A stretch of 64,000 nucleotides of DNA from Nitrosopumilaceae archaeon (GCA_965200155.1 CBDATR010000010.1:256001-320000), one strand, 5' to 3'; positions 42,659 to 53,641 are shown, numbered from the stretch's first letter. Program-made: numbers and translations. Notes: generated by a model from the letters alone, not told the origin.

Positions 42659-43927
42659 TTATAACAACTCATCAAGATTGTTATCCTCACGTAGTGTTCT
42701 CATAATAAGTTCGGAGGAGATGTTTAGACTGAACTTTTTTGTCCTCCCATGTGATCCCTGATTAACTATACGCCCATTTATTATACCAGACATTTCCAAT
42801 TCACTTAGTATTTGTGTGACTCTCCTTGGTGTAAGTTCACGTTGTCCTATGCGTCTGCACATGCCTTTGTAGGTTGTATAGATTTTCCCAGTTATAAGAC
42901 CGTTGGAGCGTACCACTGACAGAATTAGTACTTTTTCGTGTAGTGGATAGGATCTTATGGCCGTAACCTCCTTGTCCTCCTCTATCTTCAGATGAGCCGT
43001 CCGTACGTGCTCAGACGTCACACCGCCTGCCTGATCCCTCTCTGCAACCTCACCGGCAACTCTAATCAAATCTATTGCGCGCCGGGCATCACCATGTTCC
43101 CCACCAGCCAGTGCTGCGCATAAACTCAGTGCAGATTCATTCACAACGCCGGGTTGGAATGCTATCTGTACACGTTCTTTTATTATGGAATGTAGTTGTT
43201 CTATGGAATAGTTTGGAAATACTATTTCTTCCTCGCCAAGACTACTAATCACACGAGGATCCAGTCTCTCCTTGAATGTCAAATCATTTGATATTCCAAC
43301 TAGTGTTAGTGATCCGAAAGAGAGTCTCTCGTTGGCCCTAGTTATGTTATATAAGACATCTTTCTGCCCCGCAGAAACCAGTTTGGCCAGAAAATCAATC
43401 TCGTCTATTATCAGGACTACGTTTGCACGACTTTTTTCTATATTGTGCAGCATTCTTTTAAAGACCTCACTTATGGCTATACCAGTCCATGGGAGTTCTT
43501 TCTCATCCATACCAAACTGTCTGCCCAAACTTACCAAAAGTCCATACAATGTAGACTCTTCTTTCGAGTTGGCATAGACCAGTTGTATAGGAAATGTTGA
43601 TCGTTTTACCCTTTCCTGTATTTTTCGTATAACGCGTTTCACGATTAATGTTTTACCAGTACCGGGCTTACCATAAACCAGCATGTTAGAGGGCCTGGAT
43701 CTCCTCAATATTGGAGCTAGTGATTGTGTAACTTGTCTTTGTTCTGCATCTCTGTGTAGCACTGTATCTGGCATATGTGTATAATGTAACACATCCCTAT
43801 TCTGTATCAAAGCGACGCCTGCCTCCATCTCATCTAACATATCATCTATCGGATCAGTTACACTCACACCACCATTTCCACTGCATAAGGATTTAAGCAC
43901 ATGTTGGTATACTTCACTCATTCTCAT
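42659..43927 (-). CDS. cdc6: Orc1/Cdc6 replication initiator (true start probably near 43863)
   Basis: YGKPGTGKT, IIDEID, GDARRAIDL motifs and a C-terminal wH domain. Confidence 0.96.
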   Translation of the reverse strand: MRMSEVYQHVLKSLCSGNGGVSVTDPIDDMLDEMEAGVALIQNRDVLHYTHMPDTVLHRDAEQRQVTQSLAPILRRSRPSNMLVYGKPGTGKTLIVKRVIRKIQERVKRSTFPIQLVYANSKEESTLYGLLVSLGRQFGMDEKELPWTGIAISEVFKRMLHNIEKSRANVVLIIDEIDFLAKLVSAGQKDVLYNITRANERLSFGSLTLVGISNDLTFKERLDPRVISSLGEEEIVFPNYSIEQLHSIIKERVQIAFQPGVVNESALSLCAALAGGEHGDARRAIDLIRVAGEVAERDQAGGVTSEHVRTAHLKIEEDKEVTAIRSYPLHEKVLILSVVRSNGLITGKIYTTYKGMCRRIGQRELTPRRVTQILSELEMSGIINGRIVNQGSHGRTKKFSLNISSELIMRTLREDNNLDELL

Positions 43928-44118
43928 TCACTCATTCTCATTTTCATACATCAATGGAGTAGAAATGGTGGGGGGTGTCTATGTTAATCTGGGGTTAACA
44001 TGGATGCTTGGATTGAGAACAGAATGTATCGAATTGACCCCCTCATTTCCACTGCAAGTGTGAAAACACTCCTTAACAACACAAAGAGTTCATATTGACC
44101 CCCTCATTTCCACTGCAA
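43868..44118. promoter_or_regulatory. Probable replication origin with ORB elements
   Basis: ATTGACCCCCTCATTTCCACTGCAA at 44033-57 and 44094-118; related boxes near 43870 and inverted near 43960; immediately upstream of cdc6. Confidence 0.82.
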
Positions 44119-44287
44119 ACCTAACACCGATATTGGTCTATGAGAAGATTAACAGATTGTATCACAACTCAGCATGATGGAACGTCATGTTAACAAAACA
44201 CCACACATACAAACACATAGAACAGACAAATTAACAGTTAACAGTAACCGACTATGGTTAAATACTCACATTGTTAACAACTGCGAC

Positions 44288-44653
44288 TTGGTCAGGCGTA
44301 TACGCATAGACATGGATGATGGTGATGGTCTTAAACTGGACATCAAACTGGAGGGCGAGGTAACAAAAGAGAAACTTTTGAAAGTGTATGAAATGATGGA
44401 AATGATGGAAAGTAAACAAACCACAACCCCTGATTCTGTTGGTACCAAAATATGGCATGTGGTGGAGAAATACTTCCCATTGGGTAATTTTACATCATCC
44501 CTTGTACTGGAAAAGTATGAGGACGAGTATAACCAACCTATAAAACTAAGCGTAATCTCCACATATCTATCTCGTTTCACATCCAAGTCGAAACTAAAGA
44601 GAAAGAAGACCGGTAAAGAATGGATGTATGTTCTACCCACAATCACCGCATAA
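44288..44653 (+). CDS. Hypothetical wHTH-like protein
   Basis: YEDEYNQPIKLSVISTYLSRF; start inferred. Confidence 0.7.
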   Translation: MVRRIRIDMDDGDGLKLDIKLEGEVTKEKLLKVYEMMEMMESKQTTTPDSVGTKIWHVVEKYFPLGNFTSSLVLEKYEDEYNQPIKLSVISTYLSRFTSKSKLKRKKTGKEWMYVLPTITA

Positions 44654-44673
44654 ATGTATTAGTGCCAAATATA

Positions 44674-47600
44674 TCAATAGTCTGAGAGTAATGTCTGCTC
44701 TCCTGAACCCTTACCGAACAACAAATCAATCTCTGCCGCAAGTGAGCGAATACGGTCTTTATGATAGGGTCCTACATCATACTTATTCACAAGACTTCTT
44801 GCCATCCTAAGATATTTTTCAACTGACCCCCTGGTTATTGTTAGTATGAGTTTTTGACCACAAACACATTTTCCGGTTAATGGAAAACGCCTGTATACCA
44901 AACCACATTTTGTGCAGTGTAGTTTTTGTCGTGCATAAGAACGTAGATTGCCCATAATATCTGGTACCAAATGTGTGGATACCACATAAGTTACAGTCTC
45001 TGTAAGATCTACAGCATCTATAATGTTTGCATTTTTTATCTGTAAATCCAGCTTATCCAACATAGATTCCAGTGTGGAGTATGCGCTGCGGGATTTTGTA
45101 GTCACCAACAAACTTGTGTCATGTGTGAACCTATAGTCCGTAAACTGTTCTATCATACCCAACCTATCCTTCACAATTTCCACTGATCGTACAGAGGTTG
45201 CCTTGGGTTCTTGCAATGTTTGCTCAAAAAACTCCAAAGGAAAAGCGTCACAAATCTCCATGTTATGTGCCTGGGGTTGGGATTCATACGGCACCACTAT
45301 TGGCTGTACTAGGAGGGGTGCGTCCATCAGCCCCCCAATCTTGTCCGACAAAAGATGCTTGGAAAAATTCAAAAACACATCAAGTAATAACATCATGGAG
45401 TCTGCATCACCATCGGCATCCCTCCGCTTGGCTGAGTGCCAGTTCGGCGTAGCATAACACACATGAGTTTTTACAAAACCTATCACACGACCCACTATAC
45501 CCACAGATGTGTGTGGCGCAAGCCCTACCACTAAATGTCCTACAAACTGGCGCGGTTCACTAACACGATAAAATCTCTCCTTACCATACAACTTTGTAAG
45601 CAGGTCATCAATATACAAAGCGGAATCAACAAAGAAGCGACCGCTCTCTTCTGGCAATATTATATCCTGCATCATTAATTCAACCATCTGGTTCTCATCG
45701 GTGAGGGGTTTGCCGTACATATCTGTCTCATACCCCAAACCCCTCAAAACCTCAACTGCAGTCCCTATCCAAGACGGTCTGAAGTGTGTGAGTGTTGAAT
45801 TGGTTGCATCATAGCGCACCGTCCCATCCTTAAACACGGTTATGTTGTGTGCCTGTCGCAACAACCCCTTCTCTAAAGGCTCTGCCATCCTGTCCTGCCC
45901 TATGAGACTCTTAACTCCCTTGAGTGGCTCTTTGGCTCTATATCCCACCTTCTCCTGCGCCCGTTTCAACTCATCCTTTAGGGGAAATGTGTGGAAGGTG
46001 TGTGCCGGGGCCTTCTTCTGACACCTGTCACAAAAAGGTTCCTTCAACAAATCCCGACAATATTTACACCTGTACATCATAACCACATCACCACCACACC
46101 GTTGGCATACCACACCAAAGGCTGGCATCTCACACACAACACACGTCCTAAGAGAAATCTCCGTGTAGAAATCACCACCCTCTTTTAACATCTTCAACAG
46201 GTCCCGTTTTGGTCCCCCCCTATCACCTACAGGAAAGAGTGTGTGGATAGCTGGTCTCATTGATCTGGGGGCAGCCTTCTCCGGGCGACCCACACGCACT
46301 CCCACCGATGTAGAAAATTTTGGAAGAATTTGTATTCCCGATGATTGACTCAATGCAGAGGGCACGGGAATATCTGATGGCGGATCATTACATAGTACAA
46401 TATTGTGAAAAACTTCAGCCTCATCATCACTCAAAACAACCAATCCATCGCGTAACATGTGAGGAACCCCTAACATCTCCAGAACACTCTTCACTTTTAC
46501 ACTATACACAACAATACCAGGACCAGTTCTCTCTGGTTTTAGAATCATACTGAGCTGTTCCGGTGTTATAAGATCCCAAAAGTACAGGTATTTTGGGTGT
46601 AGCGGAATATTCCACCTCTTCGCAAGCGCCAGGGCCTCGGATAGTGTTGGGGTGTGTCCGGCATACGACTCCCCGCTTCCCCCAGCCTGTACTAGTTGAG
46701 CGTGCCAATATTCTTCCACATATCCTGTGCGTACCATGGGCGCATTGTTCTCCAAAAAATCACCAAAAGACACTAGCATATCACCCAGATGCAAAATCCT
46801 CTCCATATCCCGCCTGATCTTGATGGCATGAGCTGTATCCCTAACCCTAACTACATCACCACTCTTTAGCAGAATGGTTGGCGGGTCTATGGAGTCAACA
46901 AAGGCAATTGTAGCTCCCTTGCCAGGCATGTTCATCTTTACCTGCGTCCCTGCCACAACAGTATGATCTAACAACTCCGCCACGGCAGGATGTATGCCCA
47001 CCGATGCAAAGCCGGTATTACACGCCCGGCCATATCTTAGCCGAAAACCGCCCGGCTTACCCGCGGTGGATAGAACAGAACGGCCCACTATCACCTCCTG
47101 CATACGCTTAGACGCAGCATCCTCCTCTCCCTCGGTAATAACAGCGCCTTTGAGATCCGCCAGCCACTCCCATCCCTTCAACTCATACATCTCTATTCTG
47201 CGTAACAACTTCTTTGCCCTACCGATAAGGCCATCATTGAGAACCCTCAAAGCCCCGCCTCGCACACGATCTGTCTTTATACGGCGCATGTTACGATGGT
47301 TAACCACCTCAGAAGAATCAGTATCAACACCAGCTAATTCTACCGGAAGATGGGTTATCACATGTATGATATCCTCATCTACCACACGATATTGGAAATT
47401 TCCAGCATCCCTCTCATAGACCCTCAACTCTTCCACAAAACGTCCCGGCTCGTCGTCCCGGCCTGTGTCGGCTACATAAGAATCCAGTCCTACTATGGTT
47501 CTGACATGATCAGCTATTAGCATAGTGACCGCGGATTCCGTTCCTCCGGCAGAGCGCATGGGACCTGCTATGGATACTGATAGGTGGCGCGACCCGTCGT

Positions 47601-48015
47601 TATTTTCACCAATACTTACACTGTTTATTCCCTGCAGGGGAGCTATGGTGACCCCCTCAGTTACCACTGCCAATCCTACACGTACTGCAGTATCCAGGTG
47701 CTGCTCCAAGGTGGAATCCGCGGGCATGTATTTGCCCTGGGCTATGCTTTCTGCCAACTTGAGAGCTGCCAGTTCCTTGCCAACTGTACCCAAAAGCTCC
47801 CGTAGGGGCTCGGCTATATCAATACCGTGCATCTTGGCCACCCTGTCAGATAGATCGTATGCTATCTTTGATTCTACAACCCGGGTCAGGTCCATACCGG
47901 TAGCCCTGGCTTCACTGGCGATACCATCCATGATGGCTGTCTGGGACACCAACGAGTCATAATATGACCGGTAATGTTCCGGCATGGGAACCCCGCTTAT
48001 TGGAGCCTGAGACAT
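44674..48015 (-). CDS. DNA polymerase D large subunit DP2 (no intein visible)
   Basis: AGPMRSAGGT, GGFRLRYGR, RVGRPEKA, LAPHTS, AKRRDADGDAD motifs. Confidence 0.97.
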   Translation of the reverse strand: MSQAPISGVPMPEHYRSYYDSLVSQTAIMDGIASEARATGMDLTRVVESKIAYDLSDRVAKMHGIDIAEPLRELLGTVGKELAALKLAESIAQGKYMPADSTLEQHLDTAVRVGLAVVTEGVTIAPLQGINSVSIGENNDGSRHLSVSIAGPMRSAGGTESAVTMLIADHVRTIVGLDSYVADTGRDDEPGRFVEELRVYERDAGNFQYRVVDEDIIHVITHLPVELAGVDTDSSEVVNHRNMRRIKTDRVRGGALRVLNDGLIGRAKKLLRRIEMYELKGWEWLADLKGAVITEGEEDAASKRMQEVIVGRSVLSTAGKPGGFRLRYGRACNTGFASVGIHPAVAELLDHTVVAGTQVKMNMPGKGATIAFVDSIDPPTILLKSGDVVRVRDTAHAIKIRRDMERILHLGDMLVSFGDFLENNAPMVRTGYVEEYWHAQLVQAGGSGESYAGHTPTLSEALALAKRWNIPLHPKYLYFWDLITPEQLSMILKPERTGPGIVVYSVKVKSVLEMLGVPHMLRDGLVVLSDDEAEVFHNIVLCNDPPSDIPVPSALSQSSGIQILPKFSTSVGVRVGRPEKAAPRSMRPAIHTLFPVGDRGGPKRDLLKMLKEGGDFYTEISLRTCVVCEMPAFGVVCQRCGGDVVMMYRCKYCRDLLKEPFCDRCQKKAPAHTFHTFPLKDELKRAQEKVGYRAKEPLKGVKSLIGQDRMAEPLEKGLLRQAHNITVFKDGTVRYDATNSTLTHFRPSWIGTAVEVLRGLGYETDMYGKPLTDENQMVELMMQDIILPEESGRFFVDSALYIDDLLTKLYGKERFYRVSEPRQFVGHLVVGLAPHTSVGIVGRVIGFVKTHVCYATPNWHSAKRRDADGDADSMMLLLDVFLNFSKHLLSDKIGGLMDAPLLVQPIVVPYESQPQAHNMEICDAFPLEFFEQTLQEPKATSVRSVEIVKDRLGMIEQFTDYRFTHDTSLLVTTKSRSAYSTLESMLDKLDLQIKNANIIDAVDLTETVTYVVSTHLVPDIMGNLRSYARQKLHCTKCGLVYRRFPLTGKCVCGQKLILTITRGSVEKYLRMARSLVNKYDVGPYHKDRIRSLAAEIDLLFGKGSGEQTLLSDY

Positions 48016-48752
48016 TAGCGTATGGCTCTAGCTATCTTCCCAAACTCGTCTATACCGCCACCTTTCTCTAGTAGTGTACCAATCACTATGGCGTTGGCTC
48101 CTGCCTCGGCTATGGCCAGCGCAGTCTCTTTGTCCCTAATACCACCACCCACAATAAGAAAACCGTCGAAAGCCTTCCGTACTGCTCCAACCATTTTGGG
48201 TGTTATTGAGCACTCGGCACCGGATCCTGCCTCCAAATATACAAACCTCATTCCCAAAAAACCTGCAGCCATGGAATATGCTGCAGCTATCTGCGGCTTG
48301 TCAAACGGTATGGCTCTGGCGGATCCGACAAACCATGCGGACGTGTCCCTGCCAACTACAAGATATGCTGTGGGGAGTGGCTCTAGCTTGAACTTGCGTA
48401 TGTTGGGGGCGCCCAATGCCTGGGCCTGAGATATGTAATACGGATTCTCCGAGTTCATGAGAGAGCTGAATAAAATGGCATCCGCTCCGGGTACCATTCC
48501 AGTTATGTTACCGGGGAAAAGTATGAGTGGTATTTTAATCTCCTGCTTTATCCTCTTCACCACCCCTGCTAACTCAAACTGGTTTGTAGCCGAGGAGCCG
48601 CCAACCAGTATGGAAGATGCGCCCATCTCCTGAACTGCCAGAGATCGACGTGCTGCCTCTTCCGCTTGTGACTCCTCAGAGTCTATTAGAACAAACAAGA
48701 GCGTCCGCTTCCGGTTCAGCTCGGCCTTCAGGAACTCTTCGGTCTTGCCCAT
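48015..48752 (-). CDS. Geranylgeranylglyceryl phosphate synthase
   Basis: LVGGS, LFPGN, YLEAGSGA, VGGGIR motifs. Confidence 0.93.
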   Translation of the reverse strand: MGKTEEFLKAELNRKRTLLFVLIDSEESQAEEAARRSLAVQEMGASSILVGGSSATNQFELAGVVKRIKQEIKIPLILFPGNITGMVPGADAILFSSLMNSENPYYISQAQALGAPNIRKFKLEPLPTAYLVVGRDTSAWFVGSARAIPFDKPQIAAAYSMAAGFLGMRFVYLEAGSGAECSITPKMVGAVRKAFDGFLIVGGGIRDKETALAIAEAGANAIVIGTLLEKGGGIDEFGKIARAIR

Positions 48753-48814
48753 GAGCTGCTGTTATGCGTATCACTTTAAAATCTTTAAGTGTGTGCATAC
48801 AATTTTGTATAGCT

Positions 48815-49198
48815 ATGGGGATTGAGAAAAAGTATAATTTTAACAAGATAGTACAAAAAATAATAGAAAAATCACTGTTTACTGAGAGACAAATTGAAAT
48901 TATTCTACAATCTGGTACTGGCAACCAGATTCCTAGAACCATAAGCCGTGGTGCATACTACAGACAGCGAAGGCAGACTAATGATAAACTAACAGCGTTA
49001 CTTTACTCTGTGATACTCATGTATGGTTTGGGTGTGTTGCCGCGTGATACACTTGATGTGCTGGGACAAATATCACAACAAGTTACTGTGATTTTTGATA
49101 GTGATGTTGATGACACACACAGCGAGATGGTTATGCGCTTGTTGGATGATACGGTGCAGGCCGCCATTACAAATCTTGACGGATCTGGTCATAAATGA
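48815..49198 (+). CDS. Hypothetical HTH-like protein
   Basis: SLFTERQIEI..ISRGAYYR. Confidence 0.7.
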   Translation: MGIEKKYNFNKIVQKIIEKSLFTERQIEIILQSGTGNQIPRTISRGAYYRQRRQTNDKLTALLYSVILMYGLGVLPRDTLDVLGQISQQVTVIFDSDVDDTHSEMVMRLLDDTVQAAITNLDGSGHK

Positions 49199-49400
49199 TT
49201 CAGTGTTGTGATAAAAATATACTAAATCACAATAAAAAGTGATAGTAATGAAACTGTGATTTAATGCGTGATTCTCTTTGCTCTGCACATAGCAGTAACC
49301 GGACTGTGTTTTTAGGTTGGTGTTACTGTCTTTTTGAATCATCGTATTCTGTGATATGTGAGTGATAAGCCTTAAATGATAATCACACAATTGGGAGTAT

Positions 49401-49805
49401 ATGCTGATAGATGATCCTGTATGGTTTGTCATAGTATGCGTTGTGACATTTGCAATCACAACATGCGCATCATACATACTAAATCACAACCAACATCACA
49501 ACCTAAAACATCTTGAGAATGAGATTATTAGACTACGGTTGGAGTTGGACAGGATGCGGCTAGGTGAGCCAAAGCAGGCCACTATTACATCCCGTACAAA
49601 GGCGGAGACAAGGGTGGAAGAGATACTTCAGATTGTGGGCGAGGATCCTAAAACTGCCCGCCAAATACGATCTACTTTGGGTCAGAGTCGTGAGCATGTG
49701 GCTAGATTGGTCAAGAAGATGACCGATGCCGGTTATCTGGAGCGCCTGGAAACTAGACCATTCACGTATGTCATCACCGACAGGGGCAAGACATTACTGA
49801 AATAG
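49401..49805 (+). CDS. Membrane-anchored winged-helix protein
   Basis: N-terminal hydrophobic helix; ARQIRSTLGQSREHVARLVKKM..GYLER..Y.IT..G. Confidence 0.75.
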   Translation: MLIDDPVWFVIVCVVTFAITTCASYILNHNQHHNLKHLENEIIRLRLELDRMRLGEPKQATITSRTKAETRVEEILQIVGEDPKTARQIRSTLGQSREHVARLVKKMTDAGYLERLETRPFTYVITDRGKTLLK

Positions 49806-49819
49806 CAGCCTGAATCTAG

Positions 49820-49911
49820 GTATGAATTCACGTCTTCCGGAATCTTGTGCACAAATCACATTAACTGTCGCGATCAGTTGTGCGTAAATTTAGACACAGG
49901 TGAACTCATAT
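49820..49911 (-). mobile_element. MITE-1
   Basis: TIRs; TSD GAATCTAG. Confidence 0.94.
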
Positions 49912-49973
49912 GAATCTAGCACCCGATAGTGGGGCATCACGTGACTCTGGTACCTTGGTTACCGGGGCTGTGC

Positions 49974-50932
49974 TGTAATGTATGAAAAGTCGGTCCGCTA
50001 GTCATTGGCATCCCACTCCATCCATTTTGCATCATTTGCCCTAATTGTCTGGGTCGCCTTTTTATTCCTGAAGCGGTGTTTCGCCGTTATCTATCCAGTG
50101 AGAAGTGCAATCTTCTCCCATTGTACTAGTCTACATAATCCCGGAGACTGTCATAATGCCATATCTCATTGGACTCTTAAATAAGAGTCCCCTCGTCCTC
50201 AATCATTCCATGGAAGCGCTCCAGTTTGCCATTTGTCGGCGGGTGGTATGGTCTGGAATTGATTAGTATGATGTCTTGATTCAGCAGTTCTTCCTAGAAT
50301 AGTGGGCTTCCAGTTCTTTTTGCCCTTTTATTGTCCTACGAAACACGCGTCGTTATCCGAGATGCAGGGGCGCCGAATCGTTCTATCACCAATCTCAGTA
50401 ATAGAACGGCGTTCTCTGAGGTTGCATGCTCAAATAGTGCCGCTCCGACTATACACCTGGATGCATCATCTATGAGATTCAGTCCCTTGAAGCGCTCATC
50501 TTTTCATGACATGCTAGTGCCACATTGCATTGGAATATTTACGCTCATAGCGTACCCACTCTGACTTTGCAGGTGATGATCCTGCCGTACCGTTCTTTTT
50601 CATTATGCGACATACTGCGCGATATATTGTCATTCTGTCTAAGCCTCTTTGCAATACGTACTACTCCGGCGGGATCCTTCCTGTATGCTTCAGTTACCAT
50701 TCGTATCTGGGTGTCGGTGGTTGGCATCATGGGCCTGCACATCTTTACTCGAGTCGTTCCCGTTCTCTGGTTCACAATCTTCGTACGTGTCTTGTTTCAG
50801 GTCTTGAGCTATGTTGGTTGTGGCAACGCCTCTTTTGTCTTGATTCCTCTGTTATTCTCTTTACCATCTGGCTTGTGCAATCTGAACTACTGTACGCCGG
50901 ATCCTAAGCGGACTTACTTTTCGTACTATTGA
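49974..50932 (-). pseudogene. IS481-family relic (copy B)
   Basis: TGTAATGTATGAAAAG...CTTTTCGTACTATTGA; 16-bp TSD GTTACCGG(G/T)GCTGTGC. Confidence 0.88.
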
Positions 50933-50984
50933 GTTACCGGTGCTGTGCCATAAAGCGTATTAGTTACTATATGTAATCTAACAT

Positions 50985-51200
50985 GTGAATCTTGAGAAGT
51001 GTTGCTATTGTGGAGAGATGACAGATATGCCTTTCCAATGCAACTACTGCCACGACTTTTTCTGCGCGGAGCACCGGCTGCCGGAGGAGCATCGTTGCGT
51101 CAAACTAACACTTATTCGTGCAAAAAAATTTGGGGAGAAGCGAGTGATTAGAGACGCCGGTACCTCCAAGAGTCTGTTCCGACGAATATTCAGGCTCTAG
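50985..51200 (+). CDS. AN1-type zinc finger protein
   Basis: CCYC..PFQCNYCHDFFCAEHRLPEEHRC. Confidence 0.9.
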   Translation: MNLEKCCYCGEMTDMPFQCNYCHDFFCAEHRLPEEHRCVKLTLIRAKKFGEKRVIRDAGTSKSLFRRIFRL

Positions 51201-51484
51201 TAGGGACTCATATCCGGTGATATGCGAGCCCGCTTACCCTGGTATATCAGGGCCGCGGCCAGAGCGAATAGTACTAGTCCGGTTAATGGAAAATTTTGGG
51301 GAGCCGGTAGCAGGAACCAGTAATACGTGCCAAACCCCACAGAGACGCCCGCTTGAGCCCAGAGCTTGGCCCATTTGGGAGCTCGCACTATTCGGCTTAC
51401 ACCCTCCACAGCCAAAATTCCCAAAACGGGGTAAATAGTATAGTATAGAAAATCAATAACATCTACTCCGGTATGGGACACCAT
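51197..51484 (-). CDS. Small membrane protein
   Basis: Three hydrophobic segments. Confidence 0.7.
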   Translation of the reverse strand: MVSHTGVDVIDFLYYTIYPVLGILAVEGVSRIVRAPKWAKLWAQAGVSVGFGTYYWFLLPAPQNFPLTGLVLFALAAALIYQGKRARISPDMSPY

Positions 51485-51542
51485 TATTCACTAGCATCGT
51501 GTATTATAAAATCGAATGCGAGCTGATGGTTAACTTGAGCCA

Positions 51543-52085
51543 TCAAGCCCAGTTTACCCGGACGGCACTACCTTGTTCTATCAGGGCTCTCGCATTGTCA
51601 TAGGTAATCGAGGCTATGTCTTCTGCCTCGAAGGGTCCATAGGAGTTGTAGTCTGATCCGGTTAGTGTATCGACATCCTTTGTGAATCTCACCGTTATGC
51701 GTCGACTCTTGTGTTTCTGCGAGACATACTCCAAAAACCTAGTCCGTCCGTGGGATGTGGAGTTTATCAACAAGTCTATCCTTCTTCGCTTCTCCTCATC
51801 TGCATCCAGTACGTATTTCTCCTCGTCAAGAAGATTGGCCTGTCCCGAGCCTGATCCCTTCTCCAGTCGTATGCGTAGTAGCAACTCTACCAGTCGTGAG
51901 ACCGTGGCAATGAGGGAGTCACGCACCTCGTTTTCCACACCATCGAACTCCTGTCTGTTCAGGCTTCCAATGTACCTTGATATGGTGCGGTACGTGTCAT
52001 CGTCCATCTCCAGAACAGATTCATTCTCGGCCTCCCGGAGTACCATGCCGTACAGCTTATCAATGACTAGATTTTCTCCACTCAT
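51543..52085 (-). CDS. GINS complex subunit (Gins51-type)
   Basis: RIRLEK, NLLDEEK, GSD..YGPF..EDIASI..NA..LI..G motifs. Confidence 0.85.
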   Translation of the reverse strand: MSGENLVIDKLYGMVLREAENESVLEMDDDTYRTISRYIGSLNRQEFDGVENEVRDSLIATVSRLVELLLRIRLEKGSGSGQANLLDEEKYVLDADEEKRRRIDLLINSTSHGRTRFLEYVSQKHKSRRITVRFTKDVDTLTGSDYNSYGPFEAEDIASITYDNARALIEQGSAVRVNWA

Positions 52086-52121
52086 TTCCTAACCCTTAAA
52101 TCATGGCATATTTATCTGACT

Positions 52122-53585
52122 TTGTTATTGCCTTATAGAAACAATGGTGGTAAGCCGCAACGACTGAGCTACACTGAAGATGATGTATTTGAGATGCTGG
52201 AACGGGATGAAATTAGGTTCATCGACATGCAGTTCAGCAGCTTGCCCGGACGGTTTCATCATACAACTATCTCCGCTACTACATTCACCAAAGAGCAGAT
52301 GCGAGACGGTCTTCCCAAACTTGATGGCTCATCTATCATTGGATTTGCAAGCATAGAAGACTCGGATCTCATAATCAAACCGGATCCAAGCACATACGCC
52401 ATAATACCATGGCTCACGGACAACAAGACCTGCAGACTAATCTGTGACGTATATTGGGGTCAGGGAAGGGGTAGGCTATCCAGGGATCCTCGGGGAATTG
52501 CGCAAAAGGCCGAGAGTTACATAAAGGAATTCGGATTTCACAGCTTCTGGGGTCCTGAGGTAGAATTCTTTGTATTTGACAAGGTACACTGGGATGTACT
52601 TACTCCCTATAAGGGTCAGTCATACTCCATTGAGTCGCAGGAGGCTCCTTGGAACCAGGAGGGATCAGGCTACCCCATGGGTCTCAAACGTGGGTATTAT
52701 CCCAGTACGCCGTCCGATACTCTTTCCCCCTTCCGTAATGATTGCGTAAACATACTTAACACAAACTTTGGCATCTTGTGTGATAATCATCATCACGAGG
52801 TAGCTACCGCGGGTCAGTGCGAGATAGACATAATGTATGACACTCTTACTAATGCCGCCGATTCGGCGCAGTCATACAAGTTTATCGTACGTAATGTAGC
52901 ACAAAAACATAACAAGGTTGCAACAATGATGCCAAAACCCATAGCCATGGATGCCGGTTCCGGCATGCATACCAACGTGAGTTTGTGGCGCAATGGAGAG
53001 AACGCTTTCTATGATGAGAACAGTCCTGATGAATTGAGCCAGGTTGCCAGATACTTTTGTGGCGGCGTGATGGGCCATGCCAAGGCACTCTCCGCAATCT
53101 GCAACCCTACCACAAACTCGTATCATAGACTGGTCCCCGGATACGAGGCACCGGCATACATCGCATGGAGCTCCAGTAACCGCTCTGCCATAGTGCGGGT
53201 TCCAAAGCATTTCAAGGGCAAGACTCACTCAACACTGAAAAGGCTGGAGTTTCGCGCCCCGGATCCCTCGGCTAACCCATATCTTGTCTTTGCAGCTGTA
53301 ACCGCTGCAGGGCTGGATGGTGTAAAGAAGAAGACGGACCCCGGCGATCCAGTACAGGAGGACATATTCAAGATGACTAAAGAGGAGCGTATACAGAGAG
53401 ATATTGGTATTCTCCCCTCAACCTTGGGTGAGGCGCTGGACTGTTTGGAGTCAGACAGTAAATTCCTAAAGCCCATCTTTACATCAGATGTAATAGAAAA
53501 ACTGATCTCGCTTGGCAAACAGGATCAACGAGAGATATCCATAAGGCCGCACCCCCACGAGTTCTATCTATATTTTGATGTATAG
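52122..53585 (+). CDS. glnA: Glutamine synthetase type I
   Basis: DGSSI, GPEVEFF, HHEVA, GSGMH, RLVPGYEAP, RLEFRAPD motifs. Confidence 0.97.
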   Translation: MLLPYRNNGGKPQRLSYTEDDVFEMLERDEIRFIDMQFSSLPGRFHHTTISATTFTKEQMRDGLPKLDGSSIIGFASIEDSDLIIKPDPSTYAIIPWLTDNKTCRLICDVYWGQGRGRLSRDPRGIAQKAESYIKEFGFHSFWGPEVEFFVFDKVHWDVLTPYKGQSYSIESQEAPWNQEGSGYPMGLKRGYYPSTPSDTLSPFRNDCVNILNTNFGILCDNHHHEVATAGQCEIDIMYDTLTNAADSAQSYKFIVRNVAQKHNKVATMMPKPIAMDAGSGMHTNVSLWRNGENAFYDENSPDELSQVARYFCGGVMGHAKALSAICNPTTNSYHRLVPGYEAPAYIAWSSSNRSAIVRVPKHFKGKTHSTLKRLEFRAPDPSANPYLVFAAVTAAGLDGVKKKTDPGDPVQEDIFKMTKEERIQRDIGILPSTLGEALDCLESDSKFLKPIFTSDVIEKLISLGKQDQREISIRPHPHEFYLYFDV

Positions 53586-53641
53586 TCGTTGTTGAGTAGT
53601 CGCTACCATACTTGTACGTAGACAGGCGGACTAATCTCGCC

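Noticed and set aside
43914-43942. CACTCATTCTCATT tandem duplication
   Set aside because: A simple 14-bp slippage repeat with no insert.
44033-44118. 25-bp repeat pair with a 36-bp gap as another spacer-like insertion
   Set aside because: The repeat is shorter than in the five units and matches ORB boxes next to cdc6.
47943-47956. GGGACACCAACGAG resembling the micro-hairpin ends
   Set aside because: No hairpin or duplication; ordinary DP2 coding sequence.
44674-48015. Intein in DP2 (or in Cdc6)
   Set aside because: Lengths are normal and no intein splice motifs are visible.
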